Source: Telmatocola sphagniphila (GTDB lineage: Bacteria > Planctomycetota > Planctomycetia > Gemmatales > Gemmataceae). From it: a stretch of DNA of 32,000 bases. The stretch lies in contig NZ_CP074694.1 of assembly GCF_018398935.1 (NCBI RefSeq), positions 2,190,001 to 2,222,000 of the forward strand, given 5' to 3'. Positions 8,905-18,812 of the stretch are shown here, piece by piece (within the stretch, counting starts at the first letter, position 1; the number at the start of each line of letters is the position of its first letter). The notes below the pieces were generated by a model. It searched no databases. It saw nothing but the letters and a program-made list of their open reading frames with translations, and was not told where the DNA came from. A program made the translations under genes and the position numbers.

Positions 8905-9260
8905 TGCCAAGCAATCTGGGCGGCAGAGAAGCTCACTTTAACACCCCGTATTCGTCCGACGGAAATCGTTAGGAAAGAGAATTACGATTGATCGAAGTCA
9001 TCGTGGTACTCGGCATCCCGTCTAAAGGAACTGAGAGTGCGGAGTGGGCACTGGTAACGAGTGTCCGGTGGATTACTATTCGTTAGTATCCCACCCGATC
9101 TCGATCTTAATCCATCCTCAGGGGCAGACAAGGTAGGACTGTCAGTGGCAGAAATTGAACCAGCCACTATCTGGCTGAAGCGCTGAGTGTGGCGGCAGGC
9201 TAAGCTATCGCGGCGTGTAGGATGGACTCGTAAAAATGCCATGCGAAGTAAAAGCACCAA

Positions 9261-9899
9261 TCACTTCTTATCAGGCAGGTTCGGCACGAGCTTCGGGTCA
9301 TACTTGGCTCCCGGCGCCACCTGGACCATGGTGATTCGCATCTTAGTCGGGAAGAACCTTTCGGGGTCAGTGCGCTTGTGAGCGTGGCCTGCTCCGCCGC
9401 TATCATCTTTCATTACCAAGTGCATCTCCTTGATCCCCTCCTCCCACACGATGTTGTCGTTCTGCCAGAATGAGGTCATCTTCACGTCGCTCTCGTATAC
9501 GCCCTTTTCCTTGTAGACTTGAGTGCTGGTACAGCCGTAACCAGCCTTCAGGCCCTTGTTAGGGATGTAGCACAGCGACCAGGTGGTGAGTGCTCCCCCC
9601 TCGGGCTTCTCGAGAACTTCGGCACGGATGTGCACAGTGCCGTTCCGATAGTCCACCGGAGCCGTCCAGTCCTTGGGCCGGTCTGCATTGAGCATCTTGT
9701 CTCGGACGTAATAGTGAGACTTGCTCGGCTTTGAGTTGTCCGCGTCCTCCTTGGTGAATGTGAAGGTGGCGTCAAACAGGACGAACTGCTGCGCCTTCAC
9801 CTCAGGGGCTCCCTTAACTTTTTTAGGTTCTGGTTGTGCCGACTTCAAACTCGAGCCGGCGAGGGCGGCGATCAGTATAGCCATTCGCAACTTAAACAT
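9261..9899 (-). CDS. secreted hypothetical protein
   Basis: 212 aa with a signal peptide (MFKLRMAILIAALAGSSLKSA) and globular-looking composition. No family recognised. Confidence 0.8.
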   Translation of the reverse strand: MFKLRMAILIAALAGSSLKSAQPEPKKVKGAPEVKAQQFVLFDATFTFTKEDADNSKPSKSHYYVRDKMLNADRPKDWTAPVDYRNGTVHIRAEVLEKPEGGALTTWSLCYIPNKGLKAGYGCTSTQVYKEKGVYESDVKMTSFWQNDNIVWEEGIKEMHLVMKDDSGGAGHAHKRTDPERFFPTKMRITMVQVAPGAKYDPKLVPNLPDKK

Positions 9900-10233
9900 G
9901 GAATTCCTCTTTGATTATTCGTTTAATTTCTATTTGTCAGGATTCGGGCAACCAGCATGAGCATTTTATGTAATATCCGAAACGACTACCACTGAAAACG
10001 CGTATGCCGATCGAGTCGTGTCAGTATCATTGTAAAAAATGAATTAATAGCAGAATAGTTGAATTGAAGACGCAAATGCCCATTAAATTATAGATCAGGA
10101 CCGAGAAGAAGAAGTTATCGGAAAGTGACTCAACCTGCTCCGATCACATAGCTCGGGGCAGTCTCTAAAAATTGAAATGTGTGACGCTATCGAGGAGCAG
10201 CGAAGTTACCTGCTTTCTCAAGGATTATTGAGT

Positions 10234-10375
10234 CTCGAACGTCGGCGGGTACTCAAGCCCAGGTAAACTCCTGCAGATTCCTTCTCAATTCCACCCGTTC
10301 GCCTTGAAGATGTTCCCTCGAAACTGCTCACGGACTATGTCTTCTAATCCATGGACAACGAGATACACATCCTGG
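10234..10375 (+). repeat. dispersed repeat, copy B (partner at 17076-17200)
   Basis: Blocks shared with copy A: CTCGAACG, CCTGCAGATTCC, TCGCCTTGAAGA, AAACTGCTCAC, ATCCTGG. Both copies are in the same orientation. Indels break every reading frame between the copies. Confidence 0.55.
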
Positions 10376-10880
10376 TAATTGCTCAAGAAAAATCCTCTAG
10401 TGCTAAAATAGTTTGGTGAGATTAGTGGGGAGGGTGCGCGAGTTCAACAGCGGCAAGGCGTGTGCAAAAGAGCATCATTAAAGGACATATCTCGGACTTG
10501 CAGAAGCAGATTTCTCAAAATTCTCAAATTTCGATCAAAGTTTTTCTGGTGAGAATGTAACATGGTCGTTGACTTCTTCCGACTGGCAAAGTGCGCACAC
10601 TCCCTATGTGCGCAATAAATTGGCTATCTAATTATATGCTCGAGACTTGCAACATATCTACGTGCTATTCGTGTGTCGTACCGACGAGCGCAACGTTCAA
10701 AAGAACAACCCAAGACTGGGCGAACTGGGAACCTGATGCCTGCCTTCCAACTGAAATAGCAAGCTACCCAAAGAACGCCAAGAAGCAAGAGACCGGCCGT
10801 TGAATCGTCTCAGGATTGACGGTCGAGTGGCCGAGGTATTCCCTACAGGTTTAGTGGAAAGACAGCCCGCTCGGGTCGTC

Positions 10881-11474
10881 CTATGGTTGATCGGTAGGCT
10901 GCTTAGGTTTGACAGACTTCGAAAAAAAATCCTTGATCTCAGAATCGGCTTGACCGAATGCAGCAATCTCGTGCGGGGTTAGCTTCAAATCACCCACGGC
11001 TTTATTAAGTTGTTTCACCTGGATATCGCCGTCTAAGCCCGAAACTAGAAAAAGGCCGCCTTTTGTAAAATCGTAGGTTTCGCCATTAATCATAAGTTGG
11101 CCATTTTGGGCTTCTTGCATTTCAAGTGAAAATGCAATTTCACGATTCAACTGATTATCCTTCCCACGGTAGACCAATGCTCCCTTCCCGCCGTGGACCA
11201 TTGCTCCCTTTATCGTATTGGAGCTTGAACTGACGCTGCAAAGCGGAGCATCACTCCAAACCACGACAACGGGGTTTCCGTCCCAAGTGAAGTAGAGGAT
11301 GCTCGCATTGTCGACGCCAATCCCACTCATGAAGCCCTTCTTCTCGGCGTCTTGTAGAGTCACAATGCCGTTGGCAAACCTTGGCCGTACACTGGACGGG
11401 GGCGTTGTGGCATTACAGCCGGCAATTGTAAGTAAAATGTAAAAAACCAGACTTATGAGCCATGCTACTTTCAT
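10881..11474 (-). CDS. lipoprotein, function unknown
   Basis: 197 aa. The signal peptide has a lipobox, LLTIAG|C. Confidence 0.8.
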   Translation of the reverse strand: MKVAWLISLVFYILLTIAGCNATTPPSSVRPRFANGIVTLQDAEKKGFMSGIGVDNASILYFTWDGNPVVVVWSDAPLCSVSSSSNTIKGAMVHGGKGALVYRGKDNQLNREIAFSLEMQEAQNGQLMINGETYDFTKGGLFLVSGLDGDIQVKQLNKAVGDLKLTPHEIAAFGQADSEIKDFFSKSVKPKQPTDQP

Positions 11475-11808
11475 GATAATTCTCCCTAAGTTTGCTTTGC
11501 CCCTTGCCGCCCATCCTATTGATTAAGACGGATGTGGCGAGTTAGTAATTTTGACGGCTCTTTGAGTCCAAATCGGTGCAGGAACTGGCCCGTTTCAGAA
11601 CACTTGGATTCAGTGAGCTTTGCCTGTTTCGATCACATCGACAAGGTTCATTGATTGGACGCGGCGTGTCGGCCGGAGGTAATTAAGATCCGCGACAACG
11701 GTGCCGATCTGGTGTAACTGTGGGTTAGCGGTTCCAGCAGAACGATAACACCCTTTAAACTCTCGGAGCCGCCAAAGTAAATTCCAGCATCTAGTTAGGT
11801 TGCAATGG

Positions 11809-12180
11809 TCAGTAACGCCATGAGGCTCGCCGTCCGTTTTCTTCGATGTGTAAGAGGAACTCGGTGATCGGTTCTCGACCGTCCAGCGGTTGCAGCACAT
11901 GACCAACCGAAAGTTCATCCCACGCAGTTCCCCAGGCATCAATGTTTTCGTCCGCGTCAAGCAGCTCTCGTTCGTGGTCGAAAAGAGACCGAACCAGCCC
12001 GAACTCTGGAGTTGGATCGAACTCGCCCTCCCACCACGGGATATCGCTGCCAGTGCGCGTGAGTGTGCCCAGCAGCACTCCATTTCGTATTACTCGGTAA
12101 TGTGCCACGAGCGCCTCCGACCAGCCCGTTGCCAATGTTCTCTTGCCTTGGCGGAAACCGATGAACGATAATCTCGCCAA
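11809..12180 (-). CDS. hypothetical protein
   Basis: 123-aa ORF with an acidic, globular sequence (DIPWWEGEFDPTPEFGLVRSLFDHERELLD...FLLHIEENGRRASWRY). The track start is a TTG. An internal GTG (VAHYRVIRNG) is an alternative start. The overlapping 11610..12083 frame looks spurious. Confidence 0.5.
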   Translation of the reverse strand: MARLSFIGFRQGKRTLATGWSEALVAHYRVIRNGVLLGTLTRTGSDIPWWEGEFDPTPEFGLVRSLFDHERELLDADENIDAWGTAWDELSVGHVLQPLDGREPITEFLLHIEENGRRASWRY

Positions 12181-12392
12181 ACACAGCGAGTGTCTCGAAA
12201 TTCAAGAGAAATGCCCAGGCAGGCTGCTAAAATATCGTAACTCGTAAGTATCTGATTACTGACCAGCAAGCGATTATCGAAGATTGAAATCGTTTCACAT
12301 CGCTAAAATGATATGGCTTCTTGCACCGAAGCGATTAACTAATCGGTGCGTATGGGTTCTTATGTCTAAAAGAAGTTCAGGGTATACGAGTA

Positions 12393-12629
12393 TTGAATGC
12401 GCAAGACCGCAAACGCCTCGAAGATCTTCGGTTCGCCACCGAAATAGTCGCCCGTCCCGAAGAGGTTCTACGAGTGTGGGGTGGCCCGCCCCTTTTCGCC
12501 AAGTGCTCGTATTGCGGCAAGGATTGCTTCAATCCCGACCTACCACGGGGCAAACACCTTCGAAAAAAGCTTCCTGCTGACCTGTTTTTACGGCGAGAGT
12601 TGGTCGCGATTCGGGACCAAGACGGCTAG
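12393..12629 (+). CDS. small hypothetical protein
   Basis: 78-aa ORF with a TTG start. Third-position GC is about 60% by hand count, and its composition is better than the overlapping 12284..12580 frame. Confidence 0.3.
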   Translation: MNAQDRKRLEDLRFATEIVARPEEVLRVWGGPPLFAKCSYCGKDCFNPDLPRGKHLRKKLPADLFLRRELVAIRDQDG

Positions 12630-12634
12630 GTTAT

Positions 12635-13126
12635 TTGTGTAGCATGCGACGACTTTCAATTCGAGTATGCGTAAACATAACCAAAATGCAGATGTCGCGT
12701 CGGCCGCACGAAAGGATTGTATCGATGGTACAACGGCGGATGATGTTCCGGGTCGGCAATCACGCCGCGTTCGACCGGTGCCTGGCCCGTGCCTTGGCGG
12801 CGCTGGGGCTGGGCTTCGTGGCTGGCAAGGGCCGGCAGTACTGGAAGATGCCTGAACTGTGGGAATGCCCAGTATTCTCGCCCACGCCGGCCGGCTCAGT
12901 CGCCGATCAGGTGTTCGAGTGTCTACTTGCTGTCCACCGATTGGCTTCAGGGTGGCAGGTCAAAGGGGTGTTGTCCCCGGACTCGGCGTGCGGGTTCAGT
13001 GGCGTGTTCGCGGCGCGCTACGGCGGAGCGTCGACGCGGGTGGTTGGACTGGAGTGGGCGTCGTTCTTGTTGGTCGGAGACGCAGACGTCGCTCAAGGAA
13101 CTTCCCTTCCTGAGGGTGGAAAATAA
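12635..13126 (+). CDS. hypothetical protein (locally GC-rich)
   Basis: Three + ORFs overlap here. This frame has clearly GC-enriched third positions (about three quarters by hand count over 12782-13126). No minus-strand ORF of 60 aa or more exists in this region. The start is uncertain (internal MVQRRMMF). Confidence 0.4.
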   Translation: MCSMRRLSIRVCVNITKMQMSRRPHERIVSMVQRRMMFRVGNHAAFDRCLARALAALGLGFVAGKGRQYWKMPELWECPVFSPTPAGSVADQVFECLLAVHRLASGWQVKGVLSPDSACGFSGVFAARYGGASTRVVGLEWASFLLVGDADVAQGTSLPEGGK

Positions 13127-13470
13127 ATGGGATTAGTCGCCTCCCCGAGACGGTCTCAATACGACCCAAGTATTTGTCGAGCTCGGTTCCTTTCGCATCA
13201 AAAGGTTACCGAGGTTATCCAGTCCTAAAAGCATTCGTGCCCAACCACCTTATTCTTGATCGGAGTGGTATCAACGGTTTTTCGGTAAATTATTGTCTAA
13301 GCAAGCTATTCCAGAAAGTGGTTTTACATTTGCGCCAAAGTGCTTCGGTTACATCGGCAGGGTTAATCAGCCAATCTAACACGGTGTGCCGGATAGACGC
13401 GCGCAAGCTGGGCGATGGAGAGCGATTGGTAGTTGAACCTTAATTGTCGACACATACCTTGACATACCGT

Positions 13471-15252
13471 TCACCGCCAGAATACTCGGCCGATCAACTG
13501 ACCCTTGGCCGAACGGATCGTTTGGGGATTGCTTCCATCGCGGTCGGCGACCACTAAGCGTGTTTCGATTTTTTTCAGGTCGCTCTTCTCGATCCCCGTA
13601 ATGAAAGGGATGCTTGCAATCGTATAGGCAATCCGGCGGCCATCTGGCGACCAGGCACATTCCACCACCTCGGCTGTCTGCGGAATGTTTTTCAATGGGA
13701 CGAGCACTTTAGGTTTCTCGATCTCGATGATGCATGGCGTTCCCTTGTGAAAGCAGATCAGGCTTTTGCCGTCGGGCGACAATTTTCCCGATTTTGCCCA
13801 CCCTTCAGGCTCCGCAAGGGCTAGGCGTTCGCTGCCATCGACGTTCATCTGATACATTGCTCTCGGATGCCAAAACTCACCCTCGCCGACCGAGGTCGTC
13901 AGGAAGTATTTGCCGTCTGCTGACCAATCCGTGACGAGGTGGGTCTTTAGCAATTCCACCGGCTCTAGTCTCTGGGAGGCGATATCGGCTCGGTAGTGGC
14001 GGACACCTTTCATTCCAGGGGCTCCAACATTCAGGAAAAGTTGGTCCGACTTCGGAGACCAGCAGAATGAGAAATGACCGATTTTGTCCGGCAATTCGAA
14101 ACGGGCCCCGGTACCTTTGCCATCGAGTTGGCGGATACGCAACTCAGTTCCTCCTTTGCGTTTCTCGTCGGCAGTCCACGCCGCTAGCCATTTTCCATCC
14201 GGAGACGGAACCGCCGATCCCACCCATAGCCCCGTCAATTCAACGGCAGTCTCGTCCGTTCCATCCTGATTCAGCAGAGAGAACGCATCGCCATGCACGT
14301 AGGCTATGTGTCTATCAGCGCCTAGTTGTGACTTGGGAACTGCTGCCGATTTTTCTCCGTCTTGGGGAGTGCCAGAGAGAGCGAGTCCGCAAGCCGTTCC
14401 CAATCCAAGCACGGCTGCCATTCCAAAGGCGAGAGCGTAGGCCTTCCATTTTTGCCAGAACATAATGTAGAGAACTCCTTTTGTGATTTGCGAAATAGTT
14501 GTCGGAACGGCGACCGCGGAAACGAGTTGCATGGCCGACGTTGCCAAAGTTGCAGGTATCATGGCAGTTGCTGGGTAGCCCAGGACCAATGCCAAACCAC
14601 CGGCGGGGATAGCGATCAATCGCTCCCGAAGCCGTTGGGCCAGAATTCGGCGGGCCTTCGCTAGACGGCTGGAGAGCGTCCCTTCTGGAATGTCCAGGCG
14701 GAAGGCCGCTTCCTTTCGGTTCGTTAAATCGAGTTCACAGAGGACGACTGCAACTCGGAGATATTCGGGCAGCCGGGCGATTTCCTCGTGGAGGATCCGG
14801 ATCTCTTCGAAGTCCACCCCCACGTCAGTGGACTCAGCCCGATCTGGTACTTGGGGCATGTAGGCCATACGGAATCCTCCTGGCCCCATCGATTTCAGGG
14901 ATTCCAGCGAACAACGTACAGCGACACCATATAGCCAGCCGCGTAATCCTTTGGGGTCGACAATGGCTGCCCGGCGGGCAAGAACCAGAAAAGCGGCCTG
15001 GAAAGCGTCGTCAGCGAGGTGAGAATCTCCCGTGACTCGCCGGCATGTCGCCAGCACCATCGGACCGTGCCGGCCGACTAGAGCTGCGAAGGCATCATCG
15101 TTCCGCGACTGAGCAAATTGGCTCAAGAGCCACCGATCTTCGGGAACTTGACTGGATGATCCCAGGAAGGCGGTCCTTCGCACCCATTCGGAAAATCGGG
15201 TTTCCAATCTGTTCCGCACGCAGTGCCTCCGGCTCGATAAAAGCGTTTCCAT
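13471..15252 (-). CDS. ECF-type sigma-70 factor fused through a TM segment to a TolB/PD40-like beta-propeller
   Basis: Sigma region 2 (DDAFAALVGRHGPMVLATCRRVTGDSHLADDAFQAAFLVLARR...GWLYGVA). Region 4 (LPEYLRVAVVLCELDLTNRKEAAFRLDIPEGTLSSRLAKARRIL). TM helices around WKAYALAFGMAAVLGLGTACGLAL. Repeated SPDGK/WSPDG propeller blades follow. Confidence 0.9.
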   Translation of the reverse strand: METLLSSRRHCVRNRLETRFSEWVRRTAFLGSSSQVPEDRWLLSQFAQSRNDDAFAALVGRHGPMVLATCRRVTGDSHLADDAFQAAFLVLARRAAIVDPKGLRGWLYGVAVRCSLESLKSMGPGGFRMAYMPQVPDRAESTDVGVDFEEIRILHEEIARLPEYLRVAVVLCELDLTNRKEAAFRLDIPEGTLSSRLAKARRILAQRLRERLIAIPAGGLALVLGYPATAMIPATLATSAMQLVSAVAVPTTISQITKGVLYIMFWQKWKAYALAFGMAAVLGLGTACGLALSGTPQDGEKSAAVPKSQLGADRHIAYVHGDAFSLLNQDGTDETAVELTGLWVGSAVPSPDGKWLAAWTADEKRKGGTELRIRQLDGKGTGARFELPDKIGHFSFCWSPKSDQLFLNVGAPGMKGVRHYRADIASQRLEPVELLKTHLVTDWSADGKYFLTTSVGEGEFWHPRAMYQMNVDGSERLALAEPEGWAKSGKLSPDGKSLICFHKGTPCIIEIEKPKVLVPLKNIPQTAEVVECAWSPDGRRIAYTIASIPFITGIEKSDLKKIETRLVVADRDGSNPQTIRSAKGQLIGRVFWR

Positions 15253-15656
15253 GTATCTTATTGGCCAGAAGTGCGGCCGCGCGTCGTAGAAATCTACTCG
15301 GAGTGTGTCTATTCAATCCATTTGGTGGAAACTCGAAATAAATAGGTCGAGGAATTGCCTTCTCGTTTGGAGAAGGGGTAACTCTCGTCGCAGGGAGGCC
15401 GTTTCAACGAATCGGATCAGATTGGTTTTGGAAAGAAATAGTACAAAAGAGACTGAAGGATTATCTCATTTCGGTCACAGTGACTATGTTCTTCAACCCA
15501 AATTCGCCAGCGGCGTGTCGGACCGAAGTCGATACGGACACGCCGAAAAATCGCCCTCGAGATCCGTACAATTACATCCGACCGGGTCGCCGCCAGTATC
15601 TGGAACATCGATTTTATGGTCCGGTTGAGATCAAAGACGTGGAGGAGTCATAAGCC

Positions 15657-16700
15657 ATGACGAAGCGAACGGCCCTAATCCTGGCTCTGGCGATGCTTTC
15701 ATTTTCATGCCGACGCCCCAACCAGCCGACACCCGCAGTTTCACCACCCGCAGTCGCCCCATCTGACCAAGGTCGGCCCGCTGCTTTACCAACGGCACCT
15801 ACCGGCGACCTCGAACTGCTGGTCGGCAAATGGAACATAGTACCGGCCGTGGCGGACGGCGAGGGCTATACGGCTTCCTACCGCCGGGCGAAGTTTGAGA
15901 TCGCGGCCGGGGGCAAGTACATGTTTGCCTTACCCGGGCTCGTCGAAGAGACGGGGACAATTTATAAGCTCGACGGCGATGACCTGATGATTTGCTTGAG
16001 CATGCTCGGTAACCGGCGCCCGACCGATTTCGTGACCACGAAGGACTCTTGGCGGGTCCTGATGACCTGTAAGCGGATGAAACTCGCGGACCACCCGAAG
16101 GGCGTCACCGCCAAAGCGCCACTACCTCAAACGCTGCCCCGGGATGTACAGCAAGCCTGGGTGGAGGCGGGAGCTGAAGTCGGCTGGATGGGAAAGACGG
16201 ACGACCATGTGAGCTTGGAGTTTAGGACAACACCGGACGCACTGATCGACCCGGTTCCCGCGTTTCGGTTCAAGACTTGGACAGTGAGGACGGTGGCCAG
16301 GCTCCCGGTACCGAAAACGCCATTCGGACTCGACCTTACGGGCACCGAGGCAACCGATGCGGATATGAAGGGGTTGGAGATGCTCGAATCACTGAGTGCA
16401 CTCGACCTGGCGTTTACCACACTGACAGATGTGGGATTGAAAAATCTATCCGGCCTGAAGTGTTTAACCGTATTAAACCTTTTCGCAACTAAGGTAACGG
16501 ATGTGGGATTGAAAGAGTTAGCAAGCTTGAACTCCCTGCGTACGTTAGATCTGCGCGTACTTGATATAACTGATGTTGGTCTAAAGGAACTGGCTGGGAT
16601 GAGATCCCTCCAGTGTCTCGACCTCGCTGATACGAGGGTGACAGACACAGGGGTGAAAGAACTGAAGCAGGCGTTACCCAATTGCTGGATTCGAGACTGA
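15657..16700 (+). CDS. lipoprotein with a TIGR03067-like domain and C-terminal leucine-rich repeats
   Basis: Lipobox LSFS|C. LVGKWNIV...GTIYKLDGDDLMICL...RRPTDF resembles the planctomycete TIGR03067 domain. Five 24-aa LRRs follow (LxLxxTxVTDVGLKELxxLxxLxx). Confidence 0.88.
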   Translation: MTKRTALILALAMLSFSCRRPNQPTPAVSPPAVAPSDQGRPAALPTAPTGDLELLVGKWNIVPAVADGEGYTASYRRAKFEIAAGGKYMFALPGLVEETGTIYKLDGDDLMICLSMLGNRRPTDFVTTKDSWRVLMTCKRMKLADHPKGVTAKAPLPQTLPRDVQQAWVEAGAEVGWMGKTDDHVSLEFRTTPDALIDPVPAFRFKTWTVRTVARLPVPKTPFGLDLTGTEATDADMKGLEMLESLSALDLAFTTLTDVGLKNLSGLKCLTVLNLFATKVTDVGLKELASLNSLRTLDLRVLDITDVGLKELAGMRSLQCLDLADTRVTDTGVKELKQALPNCWIRD

Positions 16701-17075
16701 GGAACCCAACCGGACCGGCCGCCATCGTGCCTCCCCCGTCGTGACCGTCGGCTTTTTCTGACTCTTCCCGTCACTAGAAGTGCGAACAAGGTCTTATTGC
16801 AAATGCCAACGGCCAACCTATGCTCGCGGCGGGCACACAGACCTGACGAAGTTTTCTATATTGAAACCGCCCTACCCCCGGACAAATCTCTCTCATATCG
16901 GGTGATTAATGGATAGCCCTAATTTATGTCCCCGTCAGACGAACGATCGTGAGGCGAATGTCACTGAGGATTTCCTGACCCAGGAGATTCTCTGCACCGT
17001 GTCGATTCCGCCGAATGGACACCCGAACAACGACTCCAGCGGATCACTTACCACTTCGCCCAAGGCCTGATTCGG

Positions 17076-17200
17076 CTCGAACGGCGACCGGCACTCATTC
17101 CCCTTCAATTCCTGCAGATTCCTACTCAAATCTACCAGATCGCCTTGAAGAAGTACCCCAAAACTGCTCACTAGCATAGTCCATCAACCCGAAATCCTGG
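17076..17200 (+). repeat. dispersed repeat, copy A (partner at 10234-10375)
   Basis: See copy B. The best-conserved core is 17109-17171, matching 10268-10331. Confidence 0.55.
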
Positions 17201-17413
17201 CCATGCCCTCCGCGCCGACGCTTACGTCTCGCGTTATCTGGGGCGAACCCATTCCGAGTGGGAATAATTGCTCGACAGGAGCGCGGATATCTTCAGGGTC
17301 GAAATAAGTTGCAGGTAATCCGTCCCGGAGAGTAACATATAAGCAATTTGCCGATTCCTCTTCCTAGTGGCGATCCTTAGAGAAAGATCGGTTATCCGCT
17401 CCTCGGAGATGGG

Positions 17414-18439
17414 ATGAAGTCTTCCCTGTTAGCATCGATTCTGATCCTGTCTATCTCCGACACCCCAGCGCAGGGGGCTGGCTTGAAAGCGGTCGCCGTT
17501 TCGCCGGACAGGTCATTGGTGGCTGCCGGCGGCACCAATGGGGTCGTGGTCTGGGAGACCAAAACATCCAAGGTTATCGGCAAGTTCTCAACGACCGGAA
17601 CTGTGCAATGTCTGGGATTCGTTAAAGACTCTCGGACGGTTGTCGTTGGCTTGGACAGTAAAGGGGCCGAGGCTTGGATCCAGAAGGCGGGAGTCTGGAT
17701 GCGGGCCGCCCACTTTGCTGGGGACGGAACCATATACGCCCTGGCCATTCCACCTAGCGGCAAGGAAGTTGCGATCGCTTCTGACAGCGGCTGGACTTAT
17801 CTGTATGAGACGGAGAAATGGCACCAGACGGGCGTCTTGTGGGAACGTGCGAACCTCACCAGTGGGATTGCGTTCTCGCCGGACGGATCTGGACTCGCAT
17901 CGGCCGGGAACTCGTTCAGTATGTGGGACCTTCGAACTGCGTCCGGACTCCGCAAAGCGCGGGCAGATCGCTCTTATGAAGAACTCGAGGCGACCTCGAA
18001 AAAATTCTGGACCTGGTCCCGCGCGGTCGGCGAGCCGGAGGTCGACGTCTACTGCTCGGACATTACTTTCTCCCCGGACGGGAAGCGAGTGGCCGGCACG
18101 ACGGGAGTAGGTCGACACTTCACGGGAGGAAAACGACTCTTTGTCCTCGAGGCCAGTACCGGTCGCGACGTGTGGGTCGGGCGAGGGAACGGGATGCTGA
18201 CGGTAACCTATGCGGCGGAAGGAACGGCTCTAGTCACGGGATCGGACGATGGCAAACTGCGGGTGTGGCATCCGGAAAACGGCAAAATGCTTCGGGAGTG
18301 GCGCGGACACGAGAAGAGCGTGCGGCAGGTGGCGCAACTGGGTGGCAAGCAGTTCGTCTCAGTGGGTGAAGACGGCAAGGTTATCGCCTGGGATGTCGAT
18401 TCCGGCGAGTTGGTGGCCCGCTTCGTACCGGACAAGTAA
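17414..18439 (+). CDS. WD40-repeat protein with signal peptide
   Basis: Signal-like N-terminus (MKSSLLASILILSISDTPAQG). WD40 blades are visible: VAVSPDRSLVAAGGTNGVVVWE, IAFSPDGSGLASAG, LVTGSDDGKLRVWHPENGK, VSVGEDGKVIAWDVDSGE. Confidence 0.9.
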   Translation: MKSSLLASILILSISDTPAQGAGLKAVAVSPDRSLVAAGGTNGVVVWETKTSKVIGKFSTTGTVQCLGFVKDSRTVVVGLDSKGAEAWIQKAGVWMRAAHFAGDGTIYALAIPPSGKEVAIASDSGWTYLYETEKWHQTGVLWERANLTSGIAFSPDGSGLASAGNSFSMWDLRTASGLRKARADRSYEELEATSKKFWTWSRAVGEPEVDVYCSDITFSPDGKRVAGTTGVGRHFTGGKRLFVLEASTGRDVWVGRGNGMLTVTYAAEGTALVTGSDDGKLRVWHPENGKMLREWRGHEKSVRQVAQLGGKQFVSVGEDGKVIAWDVDSGELVARFVPDK

Positions 18440-18812
18440 CCGGCCCCCCGGGCAAACGAATTACTTTTCAAATTCGGTAAAAATCTACTTGTTGAAAGTG
18501 GGCCGGGCCGACGGGAATTATTACTGGACGAGCTGATCTCCAAACAGCGAAAGATTTCTGCCGAACCAATTAACTCAAACCACTGGAAGCCAAATCCCCG
18601 TCTTTCACCTTTTTAACAACGGCTTCTGCATCTTCCAGCCCTGCCAGTTAATCTCCGGCTCGGTATTTCGGTAGCGGGGTTCGAGCATACCCGACAGGTT
18701 CGTTCCGCACTCTCCAAAAAAATCGCGGAAACTTAGCAATGCACAAACCGACGGGTTAACCCAAGAAAAAGACCGATTTGCACAAGATCATTACAAAGCT
18801 CGTCTGCGCAAG

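Noticed and set aside
8982-9260. 92-aa minus ORF directly after the 9261-9899 gene
   Set aside because: R/S/T-rich junk-like composition with no signal or motif. It lies in a convergent intergenic region.
11610-12083. 157-aa minus ORF
   Set aside because: It overlaps the 11809-12180 ORF in another frame. Its composition (C/R/W-rich) looks non-coding.
12789-13136. Alternative + frames (115 aa and 84 aa) in the GC-rich stretch
   Set aside because: Third-position GC enrichment favours the 12635-13126 frame. The other frames are Arg/Gly-rich, as is typical of off-frame translation of GC-rich DNA.
13130-13470. Possible HTH or transposase-like fragments on the minus strand (LSIAQLARVYPAHRVRLAD, then WLINPADVTEALW)
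   Set aside because: There are only about 25-aa pieces separated by stops and frameshifts, with no DDE motif or terminal repeats. This is too weak to call a mobile-element remnant.
16127-16816. 229-aa minus ORF
   Set aside because: It is antisense to the well-supported LRR lipoprotein gene. Repeat-derived open frames are expected on the opposite strand.
10234-17200. Diversity-generating retroelement (TR/VR) explanation for the repeat pairs
   Set aside because: The mismatches are not adenine-specific (T-to-C and other changes occur), indels are present, and no reverse transcriptase gene is in the window.
17538-18118. 190-aa + and 176-aa - ORFs inside the WD40 gene
   Set aside because: These are off-frame or antisense to the WD40 CDS, and their composition is Arg/Ser-rich.
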